64,000 nt of DNA from assembly GCA_963770895.1 (NCBI GenBank), contig CAVYRF010000002.1, positions 2,592,001 to 2,656,000 of the forward strand, given 5' to 3'. A program made the translations under genes and the position numbers. Source of the DNA: an uncultured Acidobacteriota bacterium. GTDB taxonomy: Bacteria; Acidobacteriota; Thermoanaerobaculia; Multivoradales; UBA5704. The notes beneath the pieces are model-generated. The model was not told the origin of the DNA and did no database searches. It saw nothing but the letters and a program-made list of their open reading frames with translations. Shown here piece by piece: positions 1-8,274 of the stretch (position 1 is its first letter; every line of letters starts with the position of its first letter).

Positions 1-2338
1 TCGACACCTGCTGGAGGTAGCTGGTCTGCCGCAACGCCTGCACCAGCATCGGCGCCACCTGCGCGCTGCGGCTGTCGAAATGTCCCAGCGCCGTGGCGGC
101 GCGAGCGCGGACGGTGTAGCTGGGATCGCTCTCCAGGGCATGGTGCAGCGGCTCGATCAGCTCCACGTGGGCGGCGAAGGCGGCCAGCGAGGCAAAGACC
201 GCGCCGCGCACCCGCGCGTCGGCATCGGCGGCGCCGCGGCGCAGGGCGGCCAGCGCCGGATCGGTGCCGATGGCGGCGAGCGCGGCGGCGGCGACCTCCC
301 GCGCCCCGCGGTGGCGGTGGTGCAGGAGCGCCTGGCCCAGCGCCTGGATGGTCGCCGGATCGCTGCCATGGCCGGCGAGCGTCCGCGCCGCCGCCAGGTG
401 GGCCGCCAGCGGTAGCGGGGCCTGCAGCTGGGCGATCCATTCCGCGGTCGGCTTGTCGAAGTCGAGCGTCTTGAGCAGGACGCCGCGCGGGTCGAAGACC
501 ACGGTGAGCGGGCGCCTGGCGGCGGCGACGTAGAGCTGCTGCTGGGGCGCGGCCCGCATGTTGACGCGGCGCATCTCCACCCTGCCGTCTTCGCCGATCA
601 GCGCCAGTTCCACGGGGAAGGAAAACAGGCCGGTCGCGCCGTCCAGCTGCTGCGTCTGGCGCAGCTCGAGGCGGACCAGGCCGCGATCCTGCTGGTAGTC
701 CCAGCTTGCCTTGAGCTCGGGGTAGCCGGCGCCGTAGACGAACTGATCGAAGAGCGGCCGCAGGTTGACACCCGACACCTCCTCGAAAACCGCTTCCAGG
801 TCCGCCGAGGTCACGGTGCCGAGCGCGTAGCGGGTCAGGTACAGGTGGATGCCGCGCCGCCAGGCGTCGTCACCCACCATGTCGTGCAGCATGTGCAGGA
901 CCAGGGCTCCCTTGTCGTAGGTATGGACGTCGAACATCCGGCCGGGATCGACAAAGTACCTGGTGACCAGCGGCCGGCGGTATTTTTCGGCGTCCTCCTG
1001 CAGGTAGCTGGCGCGCGACAGGTCGAGCTTCCAGGCCATCTCGTCGTCGCCCGCGGTCGTTCCCGGCGCCGGCGCCGCGCCGGGTGCGGCTCCTGCGCCG
1101 CCGTGGGCCACGGTGGCTCCCTGGGCCGCGGCGTCGCCCTGGTACTTGTGGTACAGCGCCTCGAAGTACGTCGCCATCCCTTCGTTGAGCCAGGCGTGCT
1201 CCCAGCCGCGGCAGGAGACGTAGTCGCCGAACCACTGGTGCGCCAGCTCGTGGAGGACCAGCTCGTCGCTGGTCGAGTCCAGGGTTGCCGGCCCGTCGCG
1301 CAGGGTGTCGGCCGAGACGGTGGTGGCGGAGATGTTTTCCATGCCGTCCCACATGAAGCCGTAGACCGCCGCCTGGGAGTACTTGGGATAGGGATATGGC
1401 ACGCCGGTCGAGCGCGACAGGAAGTCCATCATGTCGACGGTGTGGGCGAAGCTGCGCGGCGCGCGCTCGGCCAGCGCGCGCGGCACGTAGGCTGCGAGCG
1501 GCACTCCGTGCCAGCTGTCCTCTGTGCGGCTCCATTCGCCGATGACGACCGAGACCAGGTAGGTGAGGTGCGGCTGTTCCATGCTCCAGTGGAAGGTGCG
1601 GCGGCCGTCGGGGCGGTCGATCACTTCCACCAGGCGGCCGTTGCCGATCGCTTCGAGCGGCCGCTCCACGGTGGCCAGCAGCTCGCTGGTGGCGCGATCG
1701 TCGGGTTCGTCCCAGCTGGGGAACCAGTAGCGGTTGAGCTGCGGCTCGCCGTCCGAGAACAGCTCCCAGGGCTGGTCGGGATAGGCGTGGTCGGGGCCGG
1801 TCACGAACAGTCCGGCGCGCGGCGTCGCCGCGTAGTCGATCGCCACTTCCAGCACGTCCTGCGGGCCGTAGGCGCGCGGCAGCTGGACGGTGAGCGTCTG
1901 CGCCGCCGGATCCATCTGGAACGGCAGGTCCGCCGCCACGCCGGCCAGCCGCACGCGCGCGACGTCGAGCTGGGCGGCGTGGAACACCAGGTGGTCGAGG
2001 CCGGGCAGCAGCGGCGAAAGCGTGTTGGTGGTGGTGCCCTGGATGTGCCGCCGCGGCAGGTCGAAAGCCAGGTCGATGCGCACGTGCCGCAGGTGATACA
2101 GGCGGTCGGACAGGTAGTGCGGCGGCTGGTCGGCAGGCGCGAAGAGGCCGCGCGGCGGCGGTGGTGGCGGCGCCGGCGCCGGCCCGCCGGCAGCGGTGGC
2201 GGCGGCGAGGGCGACGACGGCCAGGGCGAGCATCGCCGCCGCCTGCCAGGTTGGCCGGCGTTGCCATGCCGGCCGCATCCGCGCTGCCCACCGCGAGCCT
2301 GGGGCGCCGGCCGGGTCGCTGCCTGGGAGCCGATTCAT
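1..2338 (-). CDS. Secreted M1 family aminopeptidase (PepN-like), 3' end runs off the window
   Basis: Manual minus-strand translation from ATG 2338: signal-like AMLALAVVALAAA, GFMWDGMENI (GAMEN-like), LVLHELAHQWFGDYVSC...WLNEG (HEXXH-X18-E), YDKG. No stop in window, so absent from the ORF track. Confidence 0.92.
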   Translation of the reverse strand, partial: MNRLPGSDPAGAPGSRWAARMRPAWQRRPTWQAAAMLALAVVALAAATAAGGPAPAPPPPPPRGLFAPADQPPHYLSDRLYHLRHVRIDLAFDLPRRHIQGTTTNTLSPLLPGLDHLVFHAAQLDVARVRLAGVAADLPFQMDPAAQTLTVQLPRAYGPQDVLEVAIDYAATPRAGLFVTGPDHAYPDQPWELFSDGEPQLNRYWFPSWDEPDDRATSELLATVERPLEAIGNGRLVEVIDRPDGRRTFHWSMEQPHLTYLVSVVIGEWSRTEDSWHGVPLAAYVPRALAERAPRSFAHTVDMMDFLSRSTGVPYPYPKYSQAAVYGFMWDGMENISATTVSADTLRDGPATLDSTSDELVLHELAHQWFGDYVSCRGWEHAWLNEGMATYFEALYHKYQGDAAAQGATVAHGGAGAAPGAAPAPGTTAGDDEMAWKLDLSRASYLQEDAEKYRRPLVTRYFVDPGRMFDVHTYDKGALVLHMLHDMVGDDAWRRGIHLYLTRYALGTVTSADLEAVFEEVSGVNLRPLFDQFVYGAGYPELKASWDYQQDRGLVRLELRQTQQLDGATGLFSFPVELALIGEDGRVEMRRVNMRAAPQQQLYVAAARRPLTVVFDPRGVLLKTLDFDKPTAEWIAQLQAPLPLAAHLAAARTLAGHGSDPATIQALGQALLHHRHRGAREVAAAALAAIGTDPALAALRRGAADADARVRGAVFASLAAFAAHVELIEPLHHALESDPSYTVRARAATALGHFDSRSAQVAPMLVQALRQTSYLQQVS

Positions 2339-2376
2339 CGCGGTATCCTATGCCGGCGGCGGGGTAGAATTTCAGC

Positions 2377-2892
2377 ATGCCTGGCCTTCCCCGCTACCGC
2401 ATCGTCCTTGCCAAAGAGGACTTCAAGTTCTCCGTGGCTCACTTCACCCTTTTCGCCGACGGCCGCGCCGAGCTGCTGCACGGCCATAACTATCTGGTGC
2501 GGGCCGAGCTCGCCGGCACGCGGCTGGACGGCGCCGGGCTGCTGGCCGATCTGGAACGCAGCAAACGCTCGCTGCGGGCGCTGTGCGCGCGGCTCGATTC
2601 GCGCACGCTGCTGCCGGCCGAAAGCGACCGGGTGCAGTGCACCCGGCGCGGCCAGAACGTCGACGTGCGGCTGGACGAGCGCAGCTACACCTTCCCGGCC
2701 GCCGACGTGCTGCTGCTGCCGATCGCCAACACCTCGGTCGAGCTTTTGGCGCACATGCTGTGGCACCAGCTGGCGCCCGAGCTGCGCGGCTCGCTGGTGG
2801 AGACCCTGGGGGTGGCGGTCGAAGAGTCGGCCGGCCAGCGCTGCTGGTATGAGGACCACCTTACAGGCGCACCCCCCGCCCCCGCCAGTTGA
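2377..2892 (+). CDS. 6-pyruvoyl-tetrahydropterin synthase family (COG0720), E-X2-HGH PTPS-III-type motif
   Basis: FSVAHF, AELLHGHNY and NTSVELLA motifs of the T-fold PTPS/QueD family. Confidence 0.88.
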   Translation: MPGLPRYRIVLAKEDFKFSVAHFTLFADGRAELLHGHNYLVRAELAGTRLDGAGLLADLERSKRSLRALCARLDSRTLLPAESDRVQCTRRGQNVDVRLDERSYTFPAADVLLLPIANTSVELLAHMLWHQLAPELRGSLVETLGVAVEESAGQRCWYEDHLTGAPPAPAS

Positions 2893-4030
2893 CCAGGTAG
2901 CCGCGCCGGCTGTCGCGTACGCCGATCGCCAGCACGGCGGCGAGCAGCACGGCATCCAGCGGATAGAGCAGGGCGTACGCCGGCCGGTGGCCGCTGCCGG
3001 CGCGCAGCAACCCCGAGGTGGCGGCGCCGGCGGCCCACAGCAGCGCGGCGCCGGCGGCGCAGCCGGCGACGGCCAGGGCGGCGATCGCCAGGGGCGGCAG
3101 CGCCAGGATCGCCAGCGCGGCCAGCGCGGCGCCGCGGCGCCGCCCAAAGAGGCCGCCCAGGTTGCGCCGCCAGCCGCGGGTGGTTTCGCGCCAGCCGCGG
3201 TACATGCGCACGGAGAGCAGCTGCGGGGCGCGAAAAAACCCGGTGCGGTAGCCGCGGCGCCGCATCTCCACGGCGATCGCCACGTCGTCGAGCGGTTCGG
3301 TGCGCACCGCCGCGAAGCCGCCGCACTCCTCCCAGGCGGTGCGCCGCAGCAGCAGGAACTGCCCGGTGGCGACGGGCGCGCCGCCGTTGGCCGCCACCGC
3401 CCGCCAGTCGCCGAGCAGCGCGTCGAGCAGGGCGAAGACCGGCGGCACCAGCAGGTTCTCCGCCAGGCCGCGGGCCTCTTGCCATCCGGTCAGCGATACG
3501 ACGTCCAGGCGCCCCTGGGCCGCGGCGGCGAGCGCCCGCACCAGCGCCGGCGGCCGCTGGCGGACGTCGGCATCGGTGAGCAGCAGCCACGGCGAGGCAA
3601 CCCCCTGGGCGCCGACCCGCATGGCGTGTACCTTGCCCAGCCAGCCGTCCGGCAGCGGCCCGGCCGCGATCACCGAGAGGCGCGGTTCGGCGGCGGCCAG
3701 GGCGGCGGCAATCTCCGCCGTGCCGTCGTTCGAGCTGTCGTCCACGATCCGCACCGGCGGCTGTCCGGCCAGCCCCAGCAGCGCTTCGGCACAGGCGCGC
3801 ACGTTGATCGCCTCGTTGCGCACCGGCAGCAGCACGGTGACCGCGGTGGGGGCGTAGAGCTCGCGGGTGGCGGCCTGGTCGCCCGCGTCGTCTGGCGTGG
3901 CCGGATCTCCGGCACCGGTGGGCGCGCCGTCCGGCAGCGCTGGCGCGGACCGGCGGCGCTCCTCGATGCCGAGGCCGATCCCCAGCAAGGCGCCGCCGCC
4001 CAGCAGGGCGGCCGCGATCCACAAGCTCAA
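2861..4030 (-). CDS. Membrane-anchored family 2 glycosyltransferase (HpnB/CrtQ-like)
   Basis: N-terminal TM; PVRNE, VDDSSNDGT, GWLGK, TDADV, GQFLL, DDVA motifs; C-terminal TMs; TTG start. Confidence 0.85.
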   Translation of the reverse strand: MSLWIAAALLGGGALLGIGLGIEERRRSAPALPDGAPTGAGDPATPDDAGDQAATRELYAPTAVTVLLPVRNEAINVRACAEALLGLAGQPPVRIVDDSSNDGTAEIAAALAAAEPRLSVIAAGPLPDGWLGKVHAMRVGAQGVASPWLLLTDADVRQRPPALVRALAAAAQGRLDVVSLTGWQEARGLAENLLVPPVFALLDALLGDWRAVAANGGAPVATGQFLLLRRTAWEECGGFAAVRTEPLDDVAIAVEMRRRGYRTGFFRAPQLLSVRMYRGWRETTRGWRRNLGGLFGRRRGAALAALAILALPPLAIAALAVAGCAAGAALLWAAGAATSGLLRAGSGHRPAYALLYPLDAVLLAAVLAIGVRDSRRGYLVNWRGRGVRL

Positions 4031-4100
4031 GGGGCGCCGGCCCCGCGGCGGGTGGACGGCGGAGCCGGCGCCGCGGACGCCGCGGACGGGACGGGTGCTC

Positions 4101-4361
4101 TCATGGCGGCGCCTGGGGGGCGCCGGGCAGGTGAGCGGCGATGGCGTTTTCGACTTCGCCGGCGGCCGGAAAGCGGCCGGCCCGCTTCTTCGAGAACACC
4201 AGATCGCCGTCGACGGTCACCTCGAAGACGCCGCCGCTGCCCTTCACGAGCTGTGGACGAAGGCCGAAGTTTTTTTCCAGCTGGTCCGCCAGACCGGCGG
4301 CTCGCGGAAGGTAGTTTCAAACGACGCAGTACTCGATCGTGACCTTGGGTAGATTTGCCAT
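4101..4361 (-). CDS. SelW/SelT/SelH (Rdx family) selenoprotein, CxxU motif, 86 aa
   Basis: MANLPKVTIEYCVV(TGA)NYLPRAAGLADQLEKNFGLRPQLVKGSGGVFEVTVDGDLVFSKKRAGRFPAAGEV...; TGA at 4317-4319 lies at the second redox position; GxFEV..dG.lvfSK..gRFP is the Rdx signature. Confidence 0.9.
4273..4319 (-). promoter_or_regulatory. Putative bacterial SECIS element
   Basis: After UGA: AACUACCUUCCGCGAG-CCGCC-GGUCU-GGCGG-ACCAGCUGGAA. Apical loop begins 21 nt after UGA with GGUCU; outer UUCC/GGAA pairing possible. Confidence 0.7.
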
Positions 4362-4494
4362 GCGCCTGATTCTACGGTGTTTTGCGGCAGCCGGATGCAT
4401 CCTTCAACATGCGTGAAATTATTGCATGGCTGCCGCGTGTTTCCTTTTTAGTGCTCGCGGCGACCCAAGCGGGACAAGTTCTTCGAAAAAAGTC

Positions 4495-4522
4495 TTGCAA
4501 CTGCCAGCGAATGGAGTACAAT
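4495..4522 (+). promoter_or_regulatory. Sigma-70-like promoter upstream of the arsR-family gene
   Basis: TTGCAA-N16-TACAAT. Confidence 0.45.
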
Positions 4523-4679
4523 CGAGATTGTTCAAGAGCGGGCCGCTGACCAGGAAGGCTCTGGTAACGTCCCAAGTAGGGCACAAAAAAGGCCAAAGTT
4601 GGCCCAGGTAACGCACCGAACGATGCGCCTTGGGCCAGTTTAGGATGGGGAAGTAAATAACTGGTTGGAGGAAACCAAA

Positions 4680-5027
4680 ATGAAAGGCGAAGCGCCCAGC
4701 ATGTCTCAGAAGGAAATGGCCCAGATCCGACAGAATCTCGAAGGCACCCCGGACATCGAGGAAGCGGCCGAGTTGATGAACCTCGCCGGCAACTCGACCC
4801 GCCTCAAGCTGCTGTACCTGCTTGAGAACATGAAGGAGCTGTGCGTGTGCGACCTCGCCGAGATGCTCGGCGTTTCGGTCTCCGCGGTTTCGCAGCACCT
4901 TGCCAAGCTGAAGGCCTATGGCCTGGTCGCGCCGCGCCGCGACGCGCAGACCATTTACTACCGCCTTACCGATCACGCCTTCAACGCCAAGCTGCGGGAC
5001 AACTTCTTCCGTCAGTTCCAGGTTTAA
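4680..5027 (+). CDS. ArsR/SmtB family transcriptional regulator
   Basis: GGAGG RBS; TRLKLLYLL, ELCVCDLA, SAVSQHLAKLK, IYYRL winged-HTH motifs. Confidence 0.92.
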   Translation: MKGEAPSMSQKEMAQIRQNLEGTPDIEEAAELMNLAGNSTRLKLLYLLENMKELCVCDLAEMLGVSVSAVSQHLAKLKAYGLVAPRRDAQTIYYRLTDHAFNAKLRDNFFRQFQV

Positions 5028-5092
5028 GGCCACGTGTAGGGCCACGAGCGTCGGGCCGCGCCCCCCGGCGTCGTTCGCAGCGGTTGGCGAAC

Positions 5093-5121
5093 AAGGCGGT
5101 CAGTTGTTCTGGCCGCCTTTC
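5093..5121 (+). terminator. Probable intrinsic terminator hairpin
   Basis: AAGGCGGTCAG-TTGTT-CTGGCCGCCTT followed by a short T-containing tail. Confidence 0.45.
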
Positions 5122-5211
5122 GTGTATTCAGGGGGCTGAAAACCCCGGCCCCACCCCCGGCGATGGCTGCGCATCGGCTACAATGCGGCGCCACAAGGGG
5201 GAATCAAATCC

Positions 5212-5928
5212 ATGAACCATCACCCGCGTCCGACCTTCACCTACCTGGGCCATGCGACCGTGCGTTGCGACCTGCCCGGCGGCGAAGTGGTGTTGATCGA
5301 TCCCTGGGTGATGGGCAACCCGGCGTGCCCCAAGGAGCACGCCGACTTCGAGCGCATCGACGCGATGCTCATCACCCATGCCCATTCGGACCACATGGCG
5401 GACGCCGTGGAGCTTGCCAAGCGCCATCGGCCGCGCCACGTGGCGACCATGTTCGAGCTGGCCGTCTGGCTCCAGGGCAAGGGCGTCGAAAATACCATCG
5501 GGCTCAATCTTGGCGGCTGCACGGATGTGCTCGGCCTGACGGTGACGATGGTGCGCGCCGACCATTCCAGCGCCATCGTCGACGACGGTCAGATCATCTA
5601 CGGCGGCTCGGCGGGCGGCTTCGTGGTCAAGCTGCCCGGTGGCTTCACCTTCTACCACGCGGGCGACACCGCCCTCTTTTCGGACATGCAGCTGATCGCC
5701 GAGATCTACCGGCCCGAACTGGCCTTTCTGCCCATCGGCGACCTGTACACCATGGACCCGCCGCAGGCGGCCCGCGCCTGCCGCTACCTGAACGTCCGCA
5801 AGGTGGTGCCGATCCACTACGGCACCTTCCCCGCCCTCACCGGCACGCCGGACCAGCTGGTCAAGGCGCTCGACGACCTGGGCGTCACCTGCGAAGTGAT
5901 CGCCCTGCGTCCGGGCGAAAAGTACTAG
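5212..5928 (+). CDS. Metallo-beta-lactamase-fold metal-dependent hydrolase (UPF0173-like)
   Basis: YLGHA, LIDPW, THAHSDH, YHAGDT, LPIGD, PIHYGTFP. Confidence 0.9.
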   Translation: MNHHPRPTFTYLGHATVRCDLPGGEVVLIDPWVMGNPACPKEHADFERIDAMLITHAHSDHMADAVELAKRHRPRHVATMFELAVWLQGKGVENTIGLNLGGCTDVLGLTVTMVRADHSSAIVDDGQIIYGGSAGGFVVKLPGGFTFYHAGDTALFSDMQLIAEIYRPELAFLPIGDLYTMDPPQAARACRYLNVRKVVPIHYGTFPALTGTPDQLVKALDDLGVTCEVIALRPGEKY

Positions 5929-5949
5929 GCGAAAGGTACTGGTGCCCCA

Positions 5950-6924
5950 CTAGCCCAGCCCGGCGCGCAGGCCGAACCAGCGGGCGCGCAGCAGCAGGCC
6001 GACGCGGGTGGCGGTGCCCAGGTGGGGCGGCGCGTGCAGCAGCCTGGGGCCGGCCTCCTCGATCTCCGACAGCAGGCGGAGCGCGGCGAGCAGCGCGTAG
6101 ACTCCGGCGCGGCGGTAGGCGGCCGGCAGCTCGACCAGGCCGCGCGGCGCGCGCAGCAGGCGCGGCCGCAGCCGGGCGCACTCGCGTTCGATCGCGGCCG
6201 GCACGGCCTCCTGGTCGCTGGGCAGCGGCGAGCGGCCGCTGGCCGTCGCCCTGGCCAGACCCTGCAGGGCGCGCAGCCGGATCAGCGCGCCGACGAAGCT
6301 GTTGACCTCCGCGTTCAGGCGGTTCTCCAGCAGGGCGCCCGCCACCGCGTGCGCCAGGCCGCGCGCCTCGCTTTCCGCCTCCGCGGCGGTCGCCGCCCGC
6401 GGCCGCAGCACCCGGCGCCGGGCGCACGCGGCCAGCTCGTCCAGAGTGCCGGCCGGCCAGCGGCGGCGGGCGTTCTCACCTGCCATGCGCAGACAGATCA
6501 GCGGCACGTCCGCGGGGCCCTCGCCGGCGGCCAGCGACCGCTCAAGCGCCGCCTCCCAGCGGTCGACCGCCGCCAGACGGTCGCCGTCCGGCCCAGCCTG
6601 GTGCGCGCAGTCGAGCAGCGACCTGGCATAGACCACAAGAGTCCGCACCCGCGCGCGCTCCGTCGCCGGCAGCAGCAGCAGGCCGGGCGCGAAGTCGCCC
6701 AGCAGCTCGCGGGTGCTTTCGGCGCAGAGGGCGTCGCCGTCGCCCTGGTCCGCTGCGGTCTGCGGTTGCGCCGGCGGCTCGGCCGCGAGCGGCAGCAGGC
6801 GCCCGTGGGTGCTCTGCTCCAGCAGGTCGCCGCGCCAGCGCGGGTCGGTGGGATGGTGCTCGCGGATCGCCAGGGTGAGGGGCGGCGGCTCCGCCGCGGC
6901 CGGGGGCCGCGCGGGGTCCGCCAT
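5950..6924 (-). CDS. Squalene/phytoene synthase-like protein (HpnC-like, degenerate motifs)
   Basis: ATG 6924 overlaps the upstream TGA; DFAPGLLLLPATERARVRTLVVYARSLLD resembles the SQS_PSY N-terminus; Asp-rich motifs not conserved. Confidence 0.55.
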   Translation of the reverse strand: MADPARPPAAAEPPPLTLAIREHHPTDPRWRGDLLEQSTHGRLLPLAAEPPAQPQTAADQGDGDALCAESTRELLGDFAPGLLLLPATERARVRTLVVYARSLLDCAHQAGPDGDRLAAVDRWEAALERSLAAGEGPADVPLICLRMAGENARRRWPAGTLDELAACARRRVLRPRAATAAEAESEARGLAHAVAGALLENRLNAEVNSFVGALIRLRALQGLARATASGRSPLPSDQEAVPAAIERECARLRPRLLRAPRGLVELPAAYRRAGVYALLAALRLLSEIEEAGPRLLHAPPHLGTATRVGLLLRARWFGLRAGLG

Positions 6925-8183
6925 CACAGCAAGCGCAGCAGCTCGCGCTGCGGCGGGCCGCCGGTCACCTCGACCCGCGCCGAAGTCGCCGCCGCCGCGC
7001 CGGCCGTCGCGCCGGTGCCGGCCGCGCTGCCGCCATGCGCGGCATCCTCCGCGGGAGCCAGGGCGACGTTGATCTCGCTGCGCACGCCGAAATCGCCGGT
7101 GAGGTAGATGCCGGGCTCGATCGAGAAGCCGGTCATCGGCAGCAGCCGGCGGGTGTCGTGGGTTTCCAGGTTGTCCATGTTGGCGCCCGGACCGTGGTCC
7201 GAGATGCCGATGGAGTGGCCGGTGCGGTGGATGAAGCGCTCGCCGTAGCCGGCGCTCTGGATGACCTGGCGCGCCGCGTCGTCCACCTCCCAGCCGTGCA
7301 CGGGCTGCCGCGGGAAGCGGCTGCGCACCAGCGCGAGCGCCGCGTCGCGCGCCGCGGCGACGTGGCCGAAGACCTGGGCGTGCGCATCGCTCGGCGACGG
7401 CGCGCAGACCCCGCACCAGGTGATGTCGGCGTACACGCTGTGCGCCGGACGCTCCTTGGCCCACAGGTCGATGAGCAGGAAGTCGCCGCGCCGGATGGGC
7501 GCCGAGGTGCCGGCGCTCGGCTGGTAGTGGGGATCGGCGCTGTGGGCGTTGACGCCGACGATGGGCGGGCTTTCGCTCCACAGCCCGGCCTGTTCGAAGG
7601 CGTCCAGGATGCCGCGCTGCACGGTGTATTCGTCCAGCTCGTCGCCGCGCGCCAGGGCCGCGGCGACGCGGCCGAACGCGGCGTGCACGATGGCGTGCAG
7701 GTGGGTGGCGGCGCGGCGGTGGCCGGCGAGCTGCTCGGGGGTCCAGATGGCGGCGAAGCGCTGCGCCAGGTCTGCTGCCGAACGCAGCTCGACGCCCGCC
7801 GCGCGCAGCAGGTCGGCGGTCCCCGCGTCCAGGCGCGAGATCGACGGCAGCTCGTTGTCGGGGCTGTATTGCGCCGCCAGCCGGCGGTGCCCCGCGACCA
7901 GCTGCCGCAGCCGCTCGCGATGCTCCTGCCAGGTCAGATAGACCGCGGTGTCGCCCGGCAGCTGGTCCAGCATCGCCGGTTCCAGCGCATGCACCAGCTT
8001 GTGCGCCTGGCCGTGGCGCGTGATCAGGTAGTAGCAGCGGCGGGTGAGGAGCTTGCCGGCCGCGGTCAACCCCAGCAGATCCAGGCCCACCGGATCGTTC
8101 TGCTGGAAGCAGGCAAAGAACCAACCGTCCAGGTCCGCTTCGTCCAGCGCCGTCGCGATCTCCGTCATCCGGTCGGCCAGCAT
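6924..8183 (-). CDS. Xaa-Pro aminopeptidase, M24 family
   Basis: ADPHY, LIDLW, YADIT, HRTGHSIG, FSIEPGIY, GVRSE metal-ligand motifs. Confidence 0.92.
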   Translation of the reverse strand: MLADRMTEIATALDEADLDGWFFACFQQNDPVGLDLLGLTAAGKLLTRRCYYLITRHGQAHKLVHALEPAMLDQLPGDTAVYLTWQEHRERLRQLVAGHRRLAAQYSPDNELPSISRLDAGTADLLRAAGVELRSAADLAQRFAAIWTPEQLAGHRRAATHLHAIVHAAFGRVAAALARGDELDEYTVQRGILDAFEQAGLWSESPPIVGVNAHSADPHYQPSAGTSAPIRRGDFLLIDLWAKERPAHSVYADITWCGVCAPSPSDAHAQVFGHVAAARDAALALVRSRFPRQPVHGWEVDDAARQVIQSAGYGERFIHRTGHSIGISDHGPGANMDNLETHDTRRLLPMTGFSIEPGIYLTGDFGVRSEINVALAPAEDAAHGGSAAGTGATAGAAAATSARVEVTGGPPQRELLRLL

Positions 8184-8274
8184 GCGCAATCCCCCTTGAC
8201 CCGGATGCTATCAGAGGCCCCCCGGGGCGGTGGGCTGGTGGCCCGCCCGCCGCCGCCCCAGGGTGTGTCGACGA

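Noticed and set aside
845-4342. 1165-aa plus-strand ORF and other long antisense ORFs (18183-20942, 26367-29672, 41834-44434, 45344-47851)
   Set aside because: Shadow ORFs of real genes in GC-rich DNA; no motifs, and they overlap well-supported genes.
5950-8124. Long N-terminal extensions in the ORF track (also 32406-34784, 41013-42770, 21482-22552)
   Set aside because: Upstream parts are off-frame readings of neighbouring genes; true starts are further downstream.
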